A DNA stretch of 64,000 nt from Squalus acanthias. Its lineage: Eukaryota. Each line of letters starts with the position of its first letter. Within the stretch, counting starts at the first letter, position 1. Shown here in pieces: positions 52,020 through 64,000 of this stretch. Under the pieces are notes generated by a model, which saw only the letters and a list, made by a program, of their open reading frames with translations, was not told where the DNA came from and did not search any database. Where the stretch lies: the NCBI GenBank assembly GCA_030390025.1, contig CM059431.1:116128001-116192000 (forward strand), in the 5' to 3' direction. A program made the position numbers and the translations under genes.

Positions 52020-52230
52020 AACAACTCGCATTTATATAGCGCCTTTAGCGCAGTGAAATGTCACAAGACGCTTCACAGGAGCATTATCAAACAAAATTTG
52101 ACACCGAGCCACATAAGGAGATATTAGGACAGGTGACCAAAAGCTTGGACAAAGAGGTAGGTGTTAAGGAGCATCTTAAAGGAGGAGAGAAAGGTAGAGA
52201 GGCGGAAAGGTTTCGGGAGGGAATTCCAGG
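52020..52230 (-). mobile_element. L2 3' end fragment
   Basis: Reverse complement of the L2 tail at ~1510-1740. Confidence 0.75.
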
Positions 52231-52417
52231 CCCACACATGCTTTCCCCACTTCTTACGGAACTCATCCCCATTTATTTACCCATCCTCCCTCGCACCAGA
52301 GCCAAAGCAAAGTAGCTAATTCAGGAAACCTCTGTGAAAAATTCTTCTCTGATCCTTAAAGGTGACCAGGCAAACCTTCGAAGAGCCCTGACCTGCTGGT
52401 TATTATCCAGAATCTTA

Positions 52418-53262
52418 GGGCTGGATTTTATGAATGGAGACATGTTGGAGGCGGGACTGCTGCTTGCCCGGTTTCAGTCCCGCCTCCATCAGCTTCTGGC
52501 CAACCAGCGGGATTTTCCCTTGATTGACCTTGTTAAGCCCGCCCAGCGGGCTCAGCAGGCCAATTAGGAGGTTCTCAGTGACAGAGCACGTCAACGTATG
52601 ACGTGTCATCTGTCAAGAATTTTTGAAAGAAGAAATGTATTCATTTGACAGCTCTGTGAAGCTGTCAGACACTGACATTCTGTGTAGTTGATGAGACCTT
52701 ATGTTCAGGACTCATCAAACCTTTCTACTTTGCAGAAATCAGCTGGCTGTTGGATCGAAGGATGCAACAGCCAGTCTGTGATCTCTACAATGGAGATGTC
52801 AGGGACTACAGCTCCACAGCGGCTGAAGGCTGTAGGGTGAAACAAAGGTAAGTTAACATTTTCTAACACTTTACACTCACCTCACATACTTACCACTCCA
52901 CACTTGCACCCATCACTCACCTCTACATCGCACTTTCAGACCTCTCTGACCCCCGCAGACCTCCTACTCAGCTCTTACACCCCGGCGGAGTTCCCTCAGG
53001 TCGGGAAGCCCGCACTTCAGCACGAAAAATGGGGATAATCCTATTTTCTGCCTGTTAACTACCTGTTAACAGGCAGTTAATCGGCTTTAATCCCTTCCCG
53101 CCTCCAAGGAGATGGGACCCGGGGCAGGACGGCTTCCCGCCTCCTGGCAAGAGGGCACGGAGGCGGGTTGGGGGCGGGTTTGCTACCCGCCCCCAAATTC
53201 TGCAACTTTCCCGGCAGTCCCGCCTCCATACCCGCCTCCTCGGGGCTGAGAAAATCCAGCCC
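52418..53262. mobile_element. MITE family B (reverse orientation)
   Basis: TIR GGGCTGGATTTT / AAAATCCAGCCC and TSD TTA. Confidence 0.9.
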
Positions 53263-54889
53263 TTACTATCTGTCTGCAGTGATCTTGTAACTTTTCAGAG
53301 ATAAACAGGAAGGGAAACAGCTGGGGCGTCCCACTAGTAACCAGACCCACTGGAAAGTAGCCTGATTAAAACCACCTTTTAACGACAGTCCTTTAGCCAA
53401 TTTAAATGTGGCTTTGTCTATAATATGTGATTGTCAATTATAAATGCTATAAGTGGAGCTGGTTTTATTTAAATTCCCCCTTCCTAATTTTAGAGCACAG
53501 CTGCAGAGAGCACGACGCAGCAGTATTTAGTTGTGACACTATTGTAATAAGTTTAGCCCCTAAGGTAAAAGGATTGTTAGTGTCTGTTTACAAACACTGA
53601 CACATTCATTAGATGACATTTTCCTCGGCTTGCATTGGCAATTGTGCAGATTAAATAGTGGCCGTAAGCCTTCTATTTGTGATAAATGCATTTGTATTTA
53701 CTGACTGTTTCAAGTTTCCACTTAATGCCATACACTGATGGTAATGTTTTAAGTAGTGAATCTAATAGACCATTGGGATCATAACCGGGGACAGAATTAC
53801 AGCGAAAGTGTTTGCGCACAAATTTAAAATGACGAATTGCAACATTAAGTAGTTTCTAGACCAAATTCAAGCAGGCCCTAATGATCAGAACACTATAAAA
53901 AGTGCTCACAGAGCCACATATGAAAACAAATTAAACTGCATAACAAGATAATAAAAATACAGGAAACTGAAGCCTACAGAAAATGTATAATGTCTACATA
54001 AAATGCTTAACTCTGCCAGAAAGGCAATGCCTGAGGTACTTTAAGCCCAGCAGAGAAGAAATAAATTGTTTGTGACAGGATTTCCAGAGTGAGTTAGATT
54101 TCCACAGTCAGTTCCACTGCGTTGTCAGTAAACCTTAAAGTTACAGAAAACTATAACCTTGATACTGCTGGGACCTTGTAGACACCTTGCTGTGATCAAG
54201 CAGGCTTCAGTCAGTTCAGCTGCATAACCACATAACAAAAAGCATTACACTGCAGCTGCTGGAAAGCCAAAACAAAACGAAAAATGCTGGAAACACTCAG
54301 CAGGTCAGGCAGCATCCGCAGAGAGAACAGATGAGTTAACATTTTGACAAAGGCACACACCCATAATGTTAACTCACCTGTTCTGCGTGTAAAATGATAG
54401 CTAATCTAATTAAGAAGCCGCTTAACCAGTTGTAAGAGACTGCAAGTAACATAAAAACTGCTGCTGCCAGCCGTGGCTCAGTTGGTAGCACTCTTGCATC
54501 TTGAGTCAGAAGGTCATGGGTTCCAAGTCCCATTCCAGAGACTTGAGCACACAATCTCGACTGACACTCCAGTGCAGTACTGAGGGAGTGCTGCACTGTC
54601 AGAGATGCTGGGCTGGATTTTGTCAGTGTGGGCGGGCTGGGGCTTGTCAGGTGGAAATCGTGTCAGGACCCTGACTCCTAAGTGAAGTGTTGAAAAATTG
54701 GGATTTTCCCCTAACTGGGCAATTGATTTCCTGCGTGTGGGAACACCTGGCCCAATGAGTCTTTTCATTCAGAAAGTCGCCTCCGATGACGTCATCAATG
54801 CTGCTGGATTTAAGACCTGCAAGCAGCCTTGCTTCCTCTGGAGACTGCAAAGGCTCTGCAAATTGTATGAAGGTGTTGATTTCCCAACA

Positions 54890-56832
54890 ATGACCACGAT
54901 CAAGCAAAAGTGTGCACCTCGGTTTGATGAGCCCTCCCTCCAAGATCTGGTGCACAAAGCCAGATGTGATAAGGAGGTGCTGTTCCCTTCCCAGGGAGAA
55001 AAAAGCCACCCCAGCAGACAAAAGCTGTGTGCCTGCAAGTGGCCCAGGAGGTCAACTCCATTTCGCTCAGCCGCAGAACCTGGCTGCAATGCAGGAAGAG
55101 GTTTCATGATCTTCTCCGCACAGGAAAAGTGAGTATGACTTTCCCATCACCCTCAATCTGATCCCCATCGCCTCTCCTCACCCGCACTCTGCTTTGCCAA
55201 CCTCTTCCTCCACATTCCACTTGACACTTACAAGCCTGCACCCTTACCCATTCCCTCTCTCTCGAAGGTCACATTCACTTAACTATTCGACCATGCAGCC
55301 CTCACACTCCCTATCACTGTGATGCCATGACAACAACAACTTTCAACACACAGGGATGGTCCTTTGTATCCTTCTAAGCATCTATGCTATGGATTATCTA
55401 CACTCACTCCTTCATTCTCACTCAAACTTCACTTGTGTCCCTCATTGCAGGAAAAGAGAGCCCACAATAAGAGGGAAAGAGCCATGACAGGAGGAGGGCC
55501 ACCCTCAGTAGCCCAGCTCACCACCTGGGAGGAGGCGGCCCTGGAAATCGCCGGGATCGAGGACGATTCCCAAGTGGGGGACGGACAGTTTGTCGCATCG
55601 CAGCAAGTTGGTGACAGAATAGTTTGGCATCTCTCTCATTGACATTGCATGAGTCACTGATAATGAATCTGATGCTCTAACAGATTGACTTATGATCATC
55701 TGTACTATTCAAAGTTCATGTAACCTTGACCTCACATCTCTAACTCTTTCCTTTACTCCCCACAGGACCATCGAAAGCCCCCGTCCCCACTGTCCAGGTG
55801 GAAGAGCCTGAGCTTCCAGACTCCTCAGAGGAAGCTGCAACCTCTGAGGGTGTAGCGTCAGCAGAATTCAGCACACCCAGCACCAGCGCAGACACTCACA
55901 CCTCGGTGGGACCTTCGCGAAATAGTGTAGTGTTGGCACCTGGTGTATCACGGCTCACAAGTGAGCATCAGCAGATGGTGGAGACAGGGACAGCAGTGGA
56001 GAGTCCTCGTCGGAGGGCGCAGGACTCTGCCAGCTCGACTCAGCTGCATGTCGACCCTGTGCCTCCGGGTCCATCCAGAAGGAGAGTGGTGCTGGAACTC
56101 CAGGAACAGGTGCAGGAGTCTCTGGCAGGTTTTGTCTCCAGGGTCACTGCGAGTGTGGAGCGAATGGAGGAGTCCATCGCGAACATGAGCAGAGCCTTTG
56201 TGGAGGCTTTGGCGCATGAATGCAGCACCACGGAAAGGATGGCAACCTCCGTGGAAAGGATGGCTACAGTAGAGGAGAGGATGGCTATGGCCATGGAGGA
56301 GCTAAGTCGCCAGAGTGTAGAAAACATGGTCATTGTTCAGAATAGACTGGCATCTCTTGAGAAGCGATGGTCAGCTATTGAGCATAGAAACCAGACCTTC
56401 ATGGAAGTCCTCTGGAGTAGGACTTCCAGTGCAGAAACGGGTCCTCACAGCCCCCCTGAAGTGCAGCAAGGTGTTGTCAAGCCACTTGCTAGCTCTGAAG
56501 TGGGGCTGACCCATGAGAGGGATGTTGGTGGCAGAGAACAAGGAAGTGGGGGCTCCTCTCCAAGCGCTCAAACGACCATGCCACTGCAAAGCCATCGGTC
56601 AGAGCCCCACCAGAGTCCTCACCCAACTGAGATGGGCATCTCATCCCCTGCATAGCCGCAGGAGCAGCAGACTGTTGCCGAGCCCTCACAGGTTCGCAAC
56701 CCCAGAGGACGGCCGCCAAAGGTGTCGAGACAGGAGCAGCAAGAAAGTGAGCAAGGGGCCTCCACATCTGCTGAAGCCACAGGGGAAGCACCACGTAGGA
56801 GCACGCGTAAGAAGAAGATAATGCACATGTAG
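54890..56832 (+). pseudogene. Myb/SANT-coiled-coil gene: exons 54890-55128, 55451-55610, 55766-56832 (1-bp deletion in exon 1, stop at 56653)
   Basis: Collinear with the H4 gene. Exon 3 is exactly 21 nt shorter. Confidence 0.85.
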
Positions 56833-57090
56833 TCACAAGGGTAGTCACTTGGGTGTTATGTTGTTTTTATTTTTGAAATGCCACCAGTTGCTTGTTGTGA
56901 TAAAAAATTCTGATGGCAAACTGTTGAAGTTGTGGCTTGTGTCATTTTGCAAATGGGACTTCCACATTGAGGGCTTAGAGCGACTTGCAATTGTCAGTAT
57001 GGTGGTCAGAGTGATAGGAATCCGCAGGTTTTTGTCCATTGTCAATGCTCTGGTAAGAAGGTGCGAGGCAAAAGTGTTTGATTGTACAGG

Positions 57091-57317
57091 CTAAGCAAAT
57101 GTGACCAACATGGTTGCGTCCCTTGCATCCTGGGCAGCAATATGGTCGCGCTCTGGCGACTTCTGGCCTGTGCATCTTCAGGTGGGTGACTAGCAGCTTG
57201 GCGCTCCTGTTGATGCTGCTGCTGTTGGTGCTGCTGTTGCTCATGGTTCTGCTGCTGCCGCGGCTGGTCTTCATCTGAATCTGATGTCCAGGAGGAAAGG
57301 AATTAAATGGTCGCCAT
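57091..57317 (-). pseudogene. Transposase remnant with the same deletion as H4 (junction ~57150)
   Basis: The Q-rich N-terminus is joined to the terminal codons. Confidence 0.82.
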
Positions 57318-58264
57318 GCTTCTGGTATATGCCTCAGTTGAGGAAGCGCTTAGTCAAGGTGGGGAGAGGGGTTTCCCAGGAGGTCACGCTGGAGATGGGT
57401 GTCAGGCTCCAAACTTCCACAACACTGAGTAGGCCTGCTAAAAGTTCCCCCAGACCTGAAACAACAAAGTTCTGCCACCTGCAAATGATCATCGGTGAAA
57501 ACTCCTTTGTAATGGTGGAGCTGCAGCTGTTCGTAAGCAATCCACTTGTGAGGCCGCCAGCATTACCTGGCGTGTTCCAGAGGAGGCGTGAGGGATGGGG
57601 GGGGGGAATGACTAAAAATCGGAAAGGCCCCTCAAAATGGGATTATAAAGGCTATTAAGTGGTTGTTAAGGGCCTTAAGGGCCTATCGATGGAAAGGGGG
57701 TCAGAAACACACTTTTGCAAAAATTGCTCGGAGGCGGGATGGAGGCGGGATCGGGCCCACCTGCCATTTTTGGCCATTTTAACAACTCACACGCCTCCAA
57801 TCCCGCCTCCTCGGGCCTGGCAAAATCGAGCCCGCTGTCTTTTGGATGAGATGTTCAACTGTGGTCCCGTCTGCCCTCTCAGCTGGACGTTAAAGATCCC
57901 ATGGCACTTTTCAAAGATGAGCAGGGGAGTTCTCCCTGGTGTTCTGGACAATATTTATCCCTCAACCAACATCACCAAATCAGATTATTTGGTCATTATC
58001 ACATTGCTGTTGGTGGGACCTTGCTCTGCGCAGATTGACTGCCGCGTTTCCCACATTACAACAGTGACTCCACTTCAAAATGACTTCAATGGCTGTAAAG
58101 CGATTAGGGACATCCTGAAGTTGTGAAAGACGCTGTATAAATACAAGTCTTCCACTGCTTAGCCTCCTTTTTAGGATGCAATTACCCTATTGTATGCAAA
58201 ACAATGAAAAAAGACAAGGATGAAGTAGAATTAAGGAACCCTTTTTGAGTAAAAAGAAAAGAAA

Positions 58265-58727
58265 AAAGACTTGCATTTATATAGCGCCTTTCACGAACAC
58301 CAGATGTCCCAAAGTGCTTTACAGCCAATGAAGTACTTTTTGCACTGTAGTCACTGTTGTAGTGCAGGAAATGCGGCAGTCAATCTGCGCAGAGCAAGCT
58401 CCCACAAACAGCAATGTGATAATGACCAGATAATCTGTTTTTTTTAGTGATGTTGATTGAGGGATAAATATTGGCTCGGACACTGGGGATAACTCCCCTG
58501 CTCTTCTTCGAAATAGTGCCATAGGTTCTTTTATGTCCACCTGAGAGGGCAGACAGGGCCTCAGTTTAACGTCTCATCCAAAAGACGGCACCTCCAACAG
58601 TGCAGCACTCCCTCAGCACTGCACTGGAGTGTCAGCCTGGATTTATGTGCTCAAGTCTCTGGCGTGGGACTGTGAACCCACAACCTTCTGACTCAGAAGC
58701 GAGGGTGCTACCCACTGAGCCACAGCT
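58265..58727 (-). mobile_element. Deu-domain-like SINE, near full length
   Basis: Reverse complement of the SINE at 54468-58150. Confidence 0.7.
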
Positions 58728-59154
58728 GTAAGTAATATTTACAGTTAATCCTAATTTATTGATGTGCTGGTTGATTGTTTTGCCTTGTGTGTTTTGATTT
58801 CTCTGCAGATATCAAAAAATGTCTTTTGCTTGTTGTGAAGTTACAGGTGGAGGGCTCGGAGCTAGGTAAATGTACAGGGTTGGGTCTGATTCAGAGCGCT
58901 GCTAGATTTCAATTAGAATGGCAGTTGTGATTTACTCAGCATTCCGGCACCGGTTCACCCAGTGGCCCAGTGGTAAAGGCATGTGGTGCAACATGAAGCC
59001 ATAAAGGACATAAAATCCCAGTTTAAATTGTTGGCCTGTGCTGAGTTAGCCATGACTGCAGCTGAGTTCCTACAAGTGGCCTTAGCTCCACTGGACTAGA
59101 GATAGGAAAAGTCCGCCAGGGTTCTCATTCTTGATTATTATTCAGTGACTCTAA

Positions 59155-60428
59155 GGGGGCGATTTTCCCAGCCCCGAGGAGGCGGGTTTGGAGGCGGGAC
59201 AGTTGAGAAAATCGCAAAAAGTGAGGGCGGGTTCGGAACCCGCCTCCAACCCGCCTCTGCGCTATTTTGCCGGAGGTGGGTTTCATGGGTGCGATTCGGT
59301 CCCGCCTCTATCAGTCGGGAGAGGTAGTTAAGACCCTTAAATAGTGGTTAAGGGCCGCTATAATCCTATTTTGCCAGGCCTTTGTTATTTTACTACATTT
59401 TCAGCATGTTGCACGACCCTCCTAAACCATGCCAGCTAATCCTGGCGGGTTGAAAAGTGGGTGGCCTCCTCACAGCAACAGCTCCACCATTAAAACGGAG
59501 CTTTCAACAGGGATCAGTTGCAGGTAGCAGAACTTTTGTTGCACAGGTCTTTCAGCACTTTTAGCAGGCCTATCTCTCATCTGTGGGACCTCCTTGGAAA
59601 ACCCTCTCCCCGCTTGGACTGAGCACTTCCCCAACGGAGGTATCTGCTAGCAACATCGACAGCACGCGAGCACATTGGTGGCCGTGATGTAACGAATGCA
59701 CTAATCCTGGCTAGATTTGCATAGGTTGCCCATTGTGGCACATGTGCTTGGCTCCTTCTTAACACATGATATACAATGGACATGACTCTCTGGCCTCCTT
59801 TCACTCTGACCACCAACCTGACCACGCAAGTGTCGCGGAGCCCGCAATGTGGAGCTGCCTAAGCCGAAATAACAGATGCCATCACGCCAACAGTTTACCA
59901 TCACCTCATTTTAATACATTCACACAGGGATGGCATTTCATCAATAAACAGAAACAATCACCCAATCTGCACACAGATCTGGAGGTTATATCCCTTGCCA
60001 GCTGGACCCACACAGCCTTGGTTTCTTTGGGAGGCCTCTCAGATGAGGGGAAGAGCACCTCCCTGCTAGCTCTCGCCCCCTGAACCAGGATACCCAGCGC
60101 CTCATCCGAGAACCTCGGGGAGGCCCTTGCCTTGGAGCTGGCCATTCTTCAATGAGATAAAAGTTTGGAGGTGGTGCAGCATTGACCAAAAACCAATGGA
60201 ATGAGCCAAGGCAGCAAGCAGCCCTTAAATGAAGCTGGATAAGTGACATCAGCAGAGGCGAGTTTCAGTCCCAAAAGACTAATTGGCCCGGGGGAACCCA
60301 CACCTCTGAAACTAACTGGCCAATTAGGGGAAAATCGCTAATTTTCCCACCTGACAGTGGAGGCGGGTTTGGAACCCACCCAAACCGAAACCCGCCTCCA
60401 ACTCACCTCCAATGGGAAAATCGCTCCC
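59155..60428 (+). mobile_element. 1.27-kb double-deletion derivative (H6) of the H1 subfamily
   Basis: TIR GGGGGCGATTTTCCC / GGGAAAATCGCTCCC and TSD TAA. The transposase is deleted at ~59657 and the Myb gene at ~59965, leaving an exon-1 stub (MASSKARASPRFSDE). Confidence 0.9.
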
Positions 60429-60505
60429 TAAGCATATGCGGATGTTGGGTGAGACCAAGATTGGGCGCGGCTGTCCTTCAAAGTCAAATAGCCTGACAAC
60501 ACTTA

Positions 60506-61221
60506 GGGCTGGATTTTGATACTGGGGCGGGTTGGGGTCGTGTCATCCACTTTTCGTGTTATCCACCCGACTGCAATTGGATGTGGGAGATTGAAGCGAT
60601 TTTCACCTAATTGGGCAATTGAGTTCCAGCATGTGGGAACCCATGACCCAATTAGTGTTTTCAGTCTGAAAGTCGCCTCTGATGATGTCATCATTGCTGC
60701 TGCATTGAAGGTCTGCAAGGACTGCCTGGCCTTTGCTGTGAGAGGACCTGGATGCAAAATGAGCAGCAGCCCTAAGTCTGCTCCCAGATATTTTTGCACC
60801 ACCACTCCCAGATATGTCTCCCATCCACCACCACTCCCAGATATGTCATCCATCCATCCATCCATCCATCCATTCATCCATCCATCCATCCATCCATCCA
60901 TCCATCCATCCAGCCAGCCAGCCAGCCACCCACCCAGCCAGGTAGGTTTCACATTTGTGGTTCAGAACAGGCGTGCTTCACGTAGAAAAGGGGTTAAAAT
61001 CACAAAGGCCTTTCAAAATGGCATTATAGAGGCAATTTAGTGCTTGTTAAGGGCCTTAACAGCCTTTCCCGCCTCTTAGAGGCGGGACGGAGTCGGGACC
61101 AGCAGACACGATTTAATGAAAATTGCATGGAGGCGGGCTTGTGCCCACCCGCCAGTTTTTGCAATTTTAACCCCCCACACGCCTCCAAACCCACCTCCAC
61201 GGGTCAATGAAAATCCAGCCC
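60506..61221. mobile_element. MITE family A (reverse orientation)
   Basis: TIR GGGCTGGATTTT / AAAATCCAGCCC, TSD TTA, and a (CATC)n core. Confidence 0.9.
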
Positions 61222-61618
61222 TTACAGTCTAGCCTCACACATGAAGAGTGCTCACTTAGATCAGGTACTAAGTGAATACTGCCACCTGTGGATAAATACA
61301 TCAGCCTTCAGGAGAGGAGGGGGGAAAAAGCAAGAAATTGGGAAGGGGAAGTAATGACAATTAAAAAAAACTCTCAGCCTGGCGGTCAGACATTTTACCA
61401 GAGGTCTCGCAATAAAAATAATCCCTGAAACTGGCTGGAGGACAGTGTCCAGTTTGAGGGTGCAGGCAGTAAGCTGACCTTTGAGTCAAGCTTAAACAAT
61501 TAACCAAAGTTGGAAGATATGTTACATTAATTCTGCACAATTTAGTCCTCTTAAATTGAGACTGTGAACACATTTGAGATTGCAAGGTAGAATTTCTGAT
61601 CAGTGAATTTCACATATA

Positions 61619-61720
61619 GGGGTAGATCTTGACTCCATTGGAAATAAGTCAGTAGAGATGCAAAACGGGCTACCAACTCACTATCACCTGTTTTACACTA
61701 TCGCAGTCAAGATCTATCCC
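61619..61720. mobile_element. Tiny hairpin MITE
   Basis: GGGGTAGATCTTGACT / AGTCAAGATCTATCCC. Confidence 0.55.
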
Positions 61721-62416
61721 ATGAATTCCTAATGTGCTTGTATTACATTCCTGAGTCGATTATTTTAAAGACTGCAAAAAACTAGAGTGCATGTTAAACG
61801 TTTGTATGTGAACTTTGCTGGTTGTAATTTCTACCCTCCCATCATTTCGACTTAATGTTAAAACCTCAGTAGAGATCAGTGTTACGAAGAAACTCAAATA
61901 ATTAAGGGGTATATTCTCTGTTCACTATTTTTAATGGAAGAATCAACGTGAGTATTAAATGGGAACACCACTTTATAGTTATATCTCTGTTTAATGTACT
62001 TCATAGTCATGTCTTTTTTTTGTTAAAAATAAATAGCAAAGGACCTTTTCTTGTCTACTTGGCATCTGAGAAAGTTAAAAATCACCACAGAATCTTCAAG
62101 GAAATGAGTGGGGGAAAGAAAGTGCAGTTCTGATTACTAGTTTAGGAGCTTCATAGATTCACTAGAGGATAACAAATCCCAATATTCAAGGAAAAAGTGA
62201 GAATTAACCCAAGAATGTACAAGATACAGTTCTCCTCTTGAGCAATAAGGGGTCGTCAGCATAGTTTTAGAATTCATCATTCACAGATCCACTAGGACTC
62301 TACAATTATCATCCTGACTCCTTTGGTACCAGTCTCGTGTCTAAACCAGACAATTTTGGGACTTGGATGCATAATCTAGACTGATATTCCAGTACAGGAC
62401 TAAGAAAGTGTCATCT

Positions 62417-63010
62417 TTGGCTCAGTGGTAGCACTCTCACCTCTGAGTCAGATGGTCATGAGTTCATGTCACACTCTAGAGACTTGAACACATAAGGGGT
62501 ACATTTTTGCCTTCATCACCTGGGCAATAATCTGGTGGAGTGTATCGCCCACCCTCTATAGAATCCTTCCTATTTTCATTCCATTGATTTTCTTTCAAGA
62601 GTGGGCGATCCAATCCACTAGATTACTGCCCATGCGGTGAAGATGAAAATCTACCCCATAACCTAAGGTGACACTTCAATGCAGTACTGAGGAATTGCTG
62701 CACTGTCGGAGATGCCGTCTTTTGGATGAGACCTTAAACTGAGGCCCCATCTGCCTGTTGAAGGGGATGGAAAAGATCCCATGGCACATTCAAATAAGAG
62801 CAGAGGAGTTCTCCTGGTCTTCTGGCCAACACTTATCCTTCATGATTATCTAGTTAAATATCCCAATGCTTTTTCTGGGGCCTTGCTGTGCACAATTTTG
62901 ATTGCCTGCATTTCAATAGTGACTTCACTTCAAAGGTACTTCATTAGTTGTGAAGTGCTTTTGGATGTCCTGAGGTTATAAAAGGCGCTATATAAATGCA
63001 AGTTCTTTTT
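62417..63010 (+). mobile_element. Deu-domain-like SINE with nested hairpin MITE
   Basis: Homologous to 58265-58727. Confidence 0.65.
62496..62657. mobile_element. Foldback MITE (~160 bp)
   Basis: Long imperfect inverted arms GGGGTACATTTT.../...AAAATCTACCCC, with duplicated ATA/TAA at the junctions. Confidence 0.65.
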
Positions 63011-63339
63011 TTCTTTGAACGATAGGTCTGTGTGTTCTGACAGTTCAAGGCAGCATTAAAAATTCCATGCAATTATTCAAAGAAGATCAGGAAGTTCTGC
63101 AACAGTCCCTCTTAGCCAACACCACCAAAAATAAATTACATGGTCATTCATCTGATTCCTGTTTGTGGAATTGTGTGTGCACAATAGCTGCTGTCTTTGC
63201 CTACATAAAAACAATCACTCAAACAAACACATATGTGAAGTCAAAATGAATTTATTGTGTTTGAAGTGGGATGTTTTGAAGGATGTGTTAAGGCACAAGT
63301 CTTCCTTCTCTAGAATTCGTCACAGAGGTTATAAAACTA

Positions 63340-63640
63340 ATGGTCTATGGGCATGATTTACTTGAATTTTGAGAAGTTATTTGACAAAGTTCTGCGCATG
63401 AGACTTTTAAAGAAGGCTAGGGCTTACAGAATCAATGATAAATTAGCTTGCTCAATTGAAAATTGGCTTTGCAACAAAAAGCAGAAGGTGGTGATAAATG
63501 GACAAATCCCTTTCTGGAAAGAGTCACTAGTGGTTCCACGAAGGTTCGTTCTGGATCTCATGCTCTTTTCATTACTCATATACACAATGAGAGAAGGACA
63601 CGTCTCATTATATTAGCAAATTATGTGGCTGGGCGATTAC
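63340..63640 (+). mobile_element. Old CR1 RT fragment
   Basis: IYLNFEKLFDKV...IENWL...QKVVING. Confidence 0.7.
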
Positions 63641-64000
63641 TGCAAGAAAGATTAATTGCAGGACAGATGAACGCATGGGCTGAAAGGGCCTGTGCCCAGG
63701 GGCCCTAGCCAAATATGGGCCCTCCGTAACATTCACCATAGTGCAAATAAACTGCATACAACTGCTGCGTCAGTTCCATTTAAGCATAGCGTATTGTGAT
63801 ATGATTTATCATTCATGCAGTGTGTAAACAATCTATAGGCCTATTTCTTCATGTATTTTATTACGCATTTGTCTTTTAATGGATTGGGGTAGGGATTTGC
63901 TGAGGGATCCTGAATGTTCTTGGCACCCAATCCGGTTCTGAATTTAATTTTATGCAAAAAGATTGAAAAATGAAGTGGATGGTTTTAGGTAAGACACATG

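Larger units (their letters stand above)
54610..57833 (-). mobile_element. Non-autonomous Harbinger (copy H5), same structure as H4
   Basis: TIR GGGCTGGATTTTGTC / GGCAAAATCGAGCCC and TSD GCT. Confidence 0.93.
54468..58150 (+). mobile_element. tRNA-derived Deu-domain-like SINE (SacSINE1-like) split by copy H5
   Basis: tRNA-like head, GTGCAGTACTGAGGGAGTGCTGCAC, rejoining at GCT|GTCTTTTGGATGAG, and an L2-like tail. Related copies lie at 58265-58727 and 62417-63010. Confidence 0.7.
58960..61340 (+). repeat. Old SINE-like repeat split by two Harbinger-type insertions
   Basis: Segments 58960-59154, 60429-60505 and 61222-61340 rejoin at the TSDs and resemble 3900-4165. Confidence 0.45.

Overview
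Repeat-dominated eukaryotic DNA, most likely from a shark or other cartilaginous fish (inferred from HE1-like V-SINEs, Deu-domain SINEs and CR1/L2/Penelope elements). I could not identify any intact host protein-coding gene. The window is dominated by one PIF/Harbinger DNA-transposon system in several states of decay: (1) two full-length ~4.2-kb elements (7454-11666, 24306-28575), each with a DDE transposase and a convergent three-exon Myb/SANT-coiled-coil gene; (2) a rearranged copy (40072-43420); (3) two 3.2-kb copies that lost the transposase core but keep the whole Myb/SANT gene (46487-49733, 54610-57833); (4) further deletion derivatives and several MITE families. Their 3-bp TSDs vary, but 10 of 11 clean sites have A at -4 and T at +4. 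Also present: an RTE LINE with a ~147-bp flanking duplication, two solo LTRs, Penelope-like ends with minimal hammerhead ribozyme motifs, a Tc1/pogo-type MITE, and a 5'-truncated but almost unmutated histone H3.2 copy. Family assignments come from motif recognition, not database searches. Boundaries of decayed LINE/SINE fragments are approximate.
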